From Alkalispirochaeta sp. (GTDB taxonomy: Bacteria; Spirochaetota; Spirochaetia; DSM-27196; Alkalispirochaetaceae): 64,000 nucleotides of DNA. Within the stretch, counting starts at the first letter, position 1, and each line of letters opens with the position of its first letter. A program made the translations under genes and the position numbers. Shown here in pieces: positions 59,002-64,000 of this stretch. The notes under the pieces are model-generated. The model ran no database searches and was not told the DNA's origin. It worked only from the letters and a program-made list of their open reading frames with translations. The stretch is from the NCBI GenBank assembly GCA_965601925.1, contig OZ271854.1, positions 1,792,001-1,856,000 on the forward strand, written 5' to 3'.

Positions 59002-60457
59002 GGCGCTATTTGTCGATATCGTCGTTCGTCTCTTCGAGGTCGACGCGATCAACGACTTTTTTCGGGACCCGCGCACTACGGCACGTATCATCGGGGTGCT
59101 CATCGCAGTTGCCGGCGGCGTGCTGGGGACGTTCCTCCTCCTGCGCGGAATGGCCCTAACCAGCGACGCAATCAGCCATACGGTGCTCCTCGGCATCGTC
59201 GTTGCGTTCATGGTTATGACTCGCTGGTTCGGGGCGGAACCCGACCTCTCGTCGCCGTGGTTGATCGTCGGGGCGGCCGCGGCCGGTGTCGCCACGGTCG
59301 TGTTGACGGAGATCATTCAGCATTCCGGGCTGATGCGCCAAGACGCGGCGCTCGGTCTCGCGTTTCCCTTTCTCTTCGCTCTGGCGATCATTTTTATTGC
59401 ACGCTACGTCGACAACGTGCACATGGACGACGACGCGGTTATGGTCGGTGAGATCGGTGTCGCCTGGGCCAATACCAACAGCCATTGTATCGGCGCGTGC
59501 GAGGAGGTCGTCATAACCGAGGACGATCCGCGCGCTATCATCACCCGACGATGCACGAACTGCGTCGCCGACGGCATCAGCCCTCGCGATCCCGGCGCGG
59601 AGTTCGTGGAGATATGCACCAATTGCGGTACTTACACGCCGGGCCAGGCGTGGCAGGCGGGACTCGCGGAAGAGCGCCCGACCCTCGTCCACTGGCCGCG
59701 GTCGATCACCGTAACGGTGATGATGACGCTCCTGGCGGTGGCCTTTGTAGCGGTGTTCTACAAGGAGCTCAAGATCACGACCTTCGATCCGAGCCTTGCA
59801 CGATCGCTGGGATATCGCCCGACGACGTTCAATTACGCGCTTATGGTTGTGGTGAGCTTGGTCGCGGTGGCCGCGTTTGACGCCGTTGGATCGATTCTCG
59901 TCATCGCATTTTTCATCATTCCGCCCGCCTCGGCGTACCTGCTTACCAACCGACTGTCGATTATGGCACTCCTCGCCGCGGCGATCGGCAGCGCGGGAGC
60001 GTTTTGGGGATACGATCTGGCCCGCGGAAGCCTCTTCGGCGTCGTCGACCTTCCCGGAACGTGGGACACCTCGATCTCGGCCTCGATGGTGCTCATGATG
60101 CTGCTGCTGTTCGTGATAGTGCTCGCCGCCTCGCCGCACTTCGGAATGGTAGCCGTCGTCCTACGGCGATTCCGTCGGCGACGCGCCTTCGCGGAGTTCG
60201 TGATTCTTGGGCATATGACGCACCATAGGAATGCGCGCGAGTTACCCCTCGCGACGCTGGCCGGACAGATACGCTGGGAGACCGAGCGTCTCCATCGCGT
60301 CGCGGAGCGCCTAAAGCGAAAGGGGTTTGTGACGTTCGTCGACCGTGGCATCGCCGTCACCCCACGAGGCGTCGACGCGATCGATCAGTTTCGTCGTGAG
60401 ACGTTTACCCGATCGGACGAGAATCCAGACTCTCCGAAAGCGTCTGATCACCGATAA
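58988..60457 (+). CDS. troD: Mn/Zn ABC permease with six-Cys insertion and C-terminal wHTH
   Basis: 'SDAISHTVLLGI', 'FYKELKITTFD', 'AFDAVGSILV'; insert CIGAC...CTNC...CTNC. Confidence 0.85.
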   Translation: MFAVEALFVDIVVRLFEVDAINDFFRDPRTTARIIGVLIAVAGGVLGTFLLLRGMALTSDAISHTVLLGIVVAFMVMTRWFGAEPDLSSPWLIVGAAAAGVATVVLTEIIQHSGLMRQDAALGLAFPFLFALAIIFIARYVDNVHMDDDAVMVGEIGVAWANTNSHCIGACEEVVITEDDPRAIITRRCTNCVADGISPRDPGAEFVEICTNCGTYTPGQAWQAGLAEERPTLVHWPRSITVTVMMTLLAVAFVAVFYKELKITTFDPSLARSLGYRPTTFNYALMVVVSLVAVAAFDAVGSILVIAFFIIPPASAYLLTNRLSIMALLAAAIGSAGAFWGYDLARGSLFGVVDLPGTWDTSISASMVLMMLLLFVIVLAASPHFGMVAVVLRRFRRRRAFAEFVILGHMTHHRNARELPLATLAGQIRWETERLHRVAERLKRKGFVTFVDRGIAVTPRGVDAIDQFRRETFTRSDENPDSPKASDHR

Positions 60458-61007
60458 GCGCCAAACGCTCCTCACTTGTCTCGCGAAGCCACGCGGGAAG
60501 TTGCGGAACCGATAGCAGCCTATTGAGAAGTTCGCGCGCCTCGCTGTGGCGACTGCCGTTCATATACAGCGCTGCGAGAGCGTGGAGTGCCAGCACATCG
60601 TACGGCTCGATCGCTATCGTCTCTTCTAAGAGAAATCGCGCCTCGTCGAGACGACTCTCTCGATACAGTACCATCGACAGATTGCGGAGTATGGAAGCTC
60701 GTTCACGGTCCGTGGGATGTGCGGCAAGTCCGCGGTGGAACCAGCGCTTTGCCTCTTCTTCGTTGTCTTGGCGTAGCCATGCGCACCCCAGCGCCTCGCA
60801 TGTCGCCGGTCCGTCCTCGTCGAGGATTACCGCCCGCATAAGCGCCGCGACCGCCCGTTTGTGATGTCCCGTTTCGGTATAGCACGTTCCCAAAAGGATC
60901 CACGACTCGGCGTCAAAGGGATCCTCCAACACCAACCCCGAGAGGGTCGCGATTGCGGATGAAAAGTGTCGGCGCGTAAGGAGCGTCTTAACGGTATCTC
61001 TATTCAT
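60405..61007 (-). CDS. TPR-repeat protein
   Basis: 'DPFDAESWILLG', 'EALG', 'EPYDVLALHALA' TPR motifs. Confidence 0.8.
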   Translation of the reverse strand: MNRDTVKTLLTRRHFSSAIATLSGLVLEDPFDAESWILLGTCYTETGHHKRAVAALMRAVILDEDGPATCEALGCAWLRQDNEEEAKRWFHRGLAAHPTDRERASILRNLSMVLYRESRLDEARFLLEETIAIEPYDVLALHALAALYMNGSRHSEARELLNRLLSVPQLPAWLRETSEERLALIGDQTLSESLDSRPIG

Positions 61008-61154
61008 GCGGAACTCTCCGAAAAACGGATTAATGGATGCTTATAATGTTCGGACGAACTAACAATAACAGTGTAATCTACGGCGCCCGATAAAGCAAGT
61101 GGTCCACGGTCGGAATGCAGAACGATCGGACACCGATATGGACGCTCCGTCGCC

Positions 61155-61856
61155 CTACGCCAAGAAGGTTGCGACGCGAGCCGTGAGATCCCGCCGGACC
61201 TCGGGGCGATGTGCCGCCCACCGGTGAATCGGGTGCGGACACTCGGCAATCTCGACGAACTCGACACCGCCGCGAGCGGTCAGCGCGTTTTTGTACATCG
61301 CGACGACCGCATCGGGGATGATTTCGTCACGTTCGCCCATGATCAGCAGCGTATCGCCGCAAAAAAGAGCGAGAAGATCGGTGATATCGCTGTGTAGAAA
61401 CGAGTCCGGCGCCCGTATGATTTCGGTAAATCCCGACTCGAACGGTACGTCCCACGCGTCTACCGAGTACGCAGCCGGGCAAAACAGTACCAAGCGTTCG
61501 ACATCGACTCTGCTCGCCACGGCGCTCGCGATGTATCCGCCCATACTCGATCCGATTACGAACGGGATTCCGTTGAGTCCGAAGTAGGAGAGAACCGACT
61601 CGGTCTCCTCCACGCGTTTTTTCAGGCTCGAGTCGGCCATAGTACCGGTGCTCTCGCCCTGGCCGGAGAAATCGAATCTGATCACCGTCCTCCCTGCGTT
61701 TTGCAGATGACGCGCCAAATACTCCGTGGAGTGTCTATCGGACGGTCCACCGCCGTGCAGAGTGATGACCGACGGCGGGGGATCGGCGTGTGCGTAGTCT
61801 ACGGAGCACGCCAACACCTCGTCGCCGGCGGGGATTCGATACTCTTTCGTGTTCAC
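61155..61856 (-). CDS. Alpha/beta hydrolase
   Basis: 'LHGGG', 'FDFSGQGES', 'GSSMGG' nucleophile elbow, 'GERDEII'. Confidence 0.88.
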   Translation of the reverse strand: MNTKEYRIPAGDEVLACSVDYAHADPPPSVITLHGGGPSDRHSTEYLARHLQNAGRTVIRFDFSGQGESTGTMADSSLKKRVEETESVLSYFGLNGIPFVIGSSMGGYIASAVASRVDVERLVLFCPAAYSVDAWDVPFESGFTEIIRAPDSFLHSDITDLLALFCGDTLLIMGERDEIIPDAVVAMYKNALTARGGVEFVEIAECPHPIHRWAAHRPEVRRDLTARVATFLA

Positions 61857-61901
61857 GTGAGGTATTGTCGACGGAAAACGCTTCTCGCGTCTATCGTCAG
61901 T

Positions 61902-61955
61902 TTATTAAGAATCATTCCTAATAACTTGACGATCAAAATGGGGCGTGATTATAAT
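61902..61955 (+). promoter_or_regulatory. PerR/Fur-like inverted repeat and sigma70 promoter of dps
   Basis: TTATTAAGAAT-C-ATTCCTAATAA (61902-61924, one mismatch). TTGACG (61926-31), 18 nt, TATAAT (61950-55). Confidence 0.7.
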
Positions 61956-62006
61956 CTACCCAACACATTGTACGAAGAGTACGACCATCGAAAGGAGCAT
62001 ATAAGC

Positions 62007-62477
62007 ATGATGACGAATGTCGATCTAGACAAGACGGCCACGGAAGCGGTAACTGCGAAACTCAGCACGCTGCTTGCCGACTACCACATCATTTACGGAC
62101 ATCTTCACGCACTCCACTGGAACCTCGAGGGGAAGGAGTTCTTCACGATTCATCGCGAGCTCCAGACGATGTACGAACAGCTCGCGGAGTACATCGACGA
62201 CGTCGCCGAGCGCATTCTCACCCTCGGTAATCGTCCCGCGACGACCTTTAAGGAGTATCTGGAGACCACGAAGCTCGCGGAGTTGCCGAGCCGAAAGTAC
62301 GACTCGGACGAGACGGTACAACTTGTCATTAAAGATCTCGACTATCAGATCGCCTCGTTGCGCGAGCTGATCGCGGTATCGGGCGAGCACAAAGACGAGG
62401 GAACCGCGGACTTCGGTATTGAGATGCTGCGCGCCCTCGAAAAGCAACGGTGGCTCTGGAGCGCCTTTGCCGGCTGA
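62007..62477 (+). CDS. dps: Dps/ferritin-like DNA protection protein
   Basis: 'LHWNLEGKEFFTIH', 'IDDVAERI', 'DEGTAD', 'EKQRW'. AAGGAG RBS. Confidence 0.93.
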   Translation: MMTNVDLDKTATEAVTAKLSTLLADYHIIYGHLHALHWNLEGKEFFTIHRELQTMYEQLAEYIDDVAERILTLGNRPATTFKEYLETTKLAELPSRKYDSDETVQLVIKDLDYQIASLRELIAVSGEHKDEGTADFGIEMLRALEKQRWLWSAFAG

Positions 62478-62517
62478 GTAGCGCAATGACGGGTGCGCGC
62501 CTCGTCGCGCAGCCGTC

Positions 62518-62694
62518 TCAACCGTCCGTTCCTTCCCGGACGATCGGCGTCGGTTTGCACAGATACTTTGCGTGACAGGCGACGCGACCGCATTTGCGAC
62601 AGAGAGACCGCGCGGGCGCAACCAAGGCGCCCCACCGTTTCGGCGCGCGTTTCGGTGATGTTTTCTTAATGAGTTTGCACAATTTTACACCCAT
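62518..62694 (-). CDS. Small basic Cys-rich protein (58 aa)
   Basis: MGVKLCKL...CRKCGRVACHAKYLCKP. Extended -10 (TGCTACGCT) 6 nt before the ATG. Confidence 0.6.
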   Translation of the reverse strand: MGVKLCKLIKKTSPKRAPKRWGALVAPARSLCRKCGRVACHAKYLCKPTPIVREGTDG

Positions 62695-62742
62695 ATCCGC
62701 AGCGTAGCACCTATGCCGTCCCATCTGGTATACTCGGCCCCT

Positions 62743-64000
62743 ATGCGAATGGTTGCCATGGGACTCTTCGCCGTCTTTATGATGGGCGCGTGTTCCACCC
62801 TTACCGATGAGGCGCCGGAGCGGGCTCCCGAGTCGTCCGAACGTTCGCCCGAGGACGGGCCCGTTTTGAATCCGGTCGAAGAAGCCTACGAGACGATCAG
62901 TCTCGCGGTCTCGTTAGGAGACCCCGCGCAGGCGATAGCAGCATACGAAGAGGCGCAGTTGAGCGATCCCGACTCCCCGGAGACGCAAGTCCTCCTTGCG
63001 AATCTCTATGTCGTCGCCGGTGACCTTGAGAGTGCGCGATCCGTTCTGGACGATATACTTTCCGCTCATCCGGACAACGTCGATGCGTTGTACTCTCTCG
63101 CGCTGGTGGAAGGCGGTGCCGGCGACGGCGAGCGAGAGCGTGTGCTTTTGGAACGCCTCTCCGAGGTTGACCCGACACACGCCGCGGCGCGCGCCGCGTT
63201 GGGCGAAATCCGATTGCGGGATAGGCAGTACCAACGCGCGGAAGAGGATTTCGTCGCGAGTCTGGAGCAGGATCCGGCCAACTTCGTCGCGCTTATCGGC
63301 CTCGGAAATGTACGATTACGTACCGAGGAGCCGGCGGCGGCGCAGGAGATGTTTACCCGGGCCATCGAGCAGGTGCCCGATTACAGCTTCGCCTACGCCG
63401 ACCGTAGTCGCGCCCACATCATGCAATACGATCTCCAGGCCGCCGAGCACGATCTATCCCGCGCTATCGAGTTGGACACCGAGTACGTATGGCACCACTA
63501 CGACCGCGGCCTGGTACGTATGGAGCAAAACGATCTCGACGGCGCGATCGGAGATTTCCGCATCGTCATCGAACGCGATCCCTCGATTTTTTTTGCGTAC
63601 GTTCATCGTGCCCGGGCGTTGGATAGACGGGGAGATCGCCTCGCCGCCCTCGCCGACTACGAGGCGGCGGTGGACCTCCGGCCGGACTACCATCCCGCAT
63701 ACCGCTCCCTCGGTGTGTTGCTGTTCGAAAGCGAGCGTTTTGAAGAGGCGGCGTCCTGGTTTGAGCGCGCCTACAGCGGCGGCAATCCGAACGACCCGCG
63801 CGATCACGGTATGGCGCTTCTTGCGTCGCTCTCCCTGAAGTTTGCGGGCAACGAGCGTCGGGCTCGCGATGTTCTCGAGGACGCCGCGGTTCGGTTTCCG
63901 CGGCCGAGCTTGTGGTACGACATGGCGCGCTATTACATCGACGGGGGATTCGACGGGCGTATCATTCGTGCCGTTCAGGACGAAAGCGACGCACTGTTGC
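62743..64000 (+). CDS. TPR-repeat lipoprotein, 5' part; runs off right edge
   Basis: Hand translation MRMVAMGLFAVFMMGAC... with many TPR units (e.g. 'HPDNVDALYSLA', 'DPANFVALIGLG'). Not in the ORF track. Confidence 0.8.
   Translation, partial: MRMVAMGLFAVFMMGACSTLTDEAPERAPESSERSPEDGPVLNPVEEAYETISLAVSLGDPAQAIAAYEEAQLSDPDSPETQVLLANLYVVAGDLESARSVLDDILSAHPDNVDALYSLALVEGGAGDGERERVLLERLSEVDPTHAAARAALGEIRLRDRQYQRAEEDFVASLEQDPANFVALIGLGNVRLRTEEPAAAQEMFTRAIEQVPDYSFAYADRSRAHIMQYDLQAAEHDLSRAIELDTEYVWHHYDRGLVRMEQNDLDGAIGDFRIVIERDPSIFFAYVHRARALDRRGDRLAALADYEAAVDLRPDYHPAYRSLGVLLFESERFEEAASWFERAYSGGNPNDPRDHGMALLASLSLKFAGNERRARDVLEDAAVRFPRPSLWYDMARYYIDGGFDGRIIRAVQDESDALL

Noticed and set aside
1..64000. CRISPR arrays, rRNA/tRNA, transposases, integrases, prophage or defence systems
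   Set aside because: No regularly spaced repeats, cloverleaf motifs or recognisable mobile/defence proteins were seen by eye. A tRNAscan/CRISPR/DefenseFinder run would confirm.

Overview
High-GC (roughly 60-65% by eye) chromosomal segment, most likely from a free-living spirochaete (Spirochaetaceae-like). Supporting clues: STAS-zinc-ribbon anti-anti-sigma factor, DUF342/FapA, Asp-type MurA, tro-type metal ABC operon, 'ASGxxE' signal peptide. About 60 densely packed genes. Housekeeping: ctpA, rsmE, murA, lysC, thrC, hisA, hisIE, leuB, tkt, sugar kinases. Also an envelope-stress/regulatory cluster (fxsA, sigma54 activator, STAS, pspA, djlA-like) and two metal/cofactor uptake systems. (1) A cobalamin-riboswitch-controlled eight-gene B12 uptake operon with three accessory lipoproteins: one BtuH-like, one BtuG-like and one unrecognised. 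(2) A troABCD-type operon with a palindromic operator but no stand-alone repressor; both permeases carry C-terminal winged-helix domains and one has a six-Cys loop insertion. Other signals: a DnaA-box cluster at 10.7-11.0 kb, a divergent LptF/LptG-like pair, a TetR remnant, a PerR/Fur-like box before dps, and many apparently leaderless promoters. Two genes at the window edges (1..1285 minus, 62743..64000 plus) are missing from the ORF track and were translated by hand. No rRNA, tRNA, CRISPR array, transposase or prophage gene was seen. All family assignments come from motif recognition by eye, not database searches.
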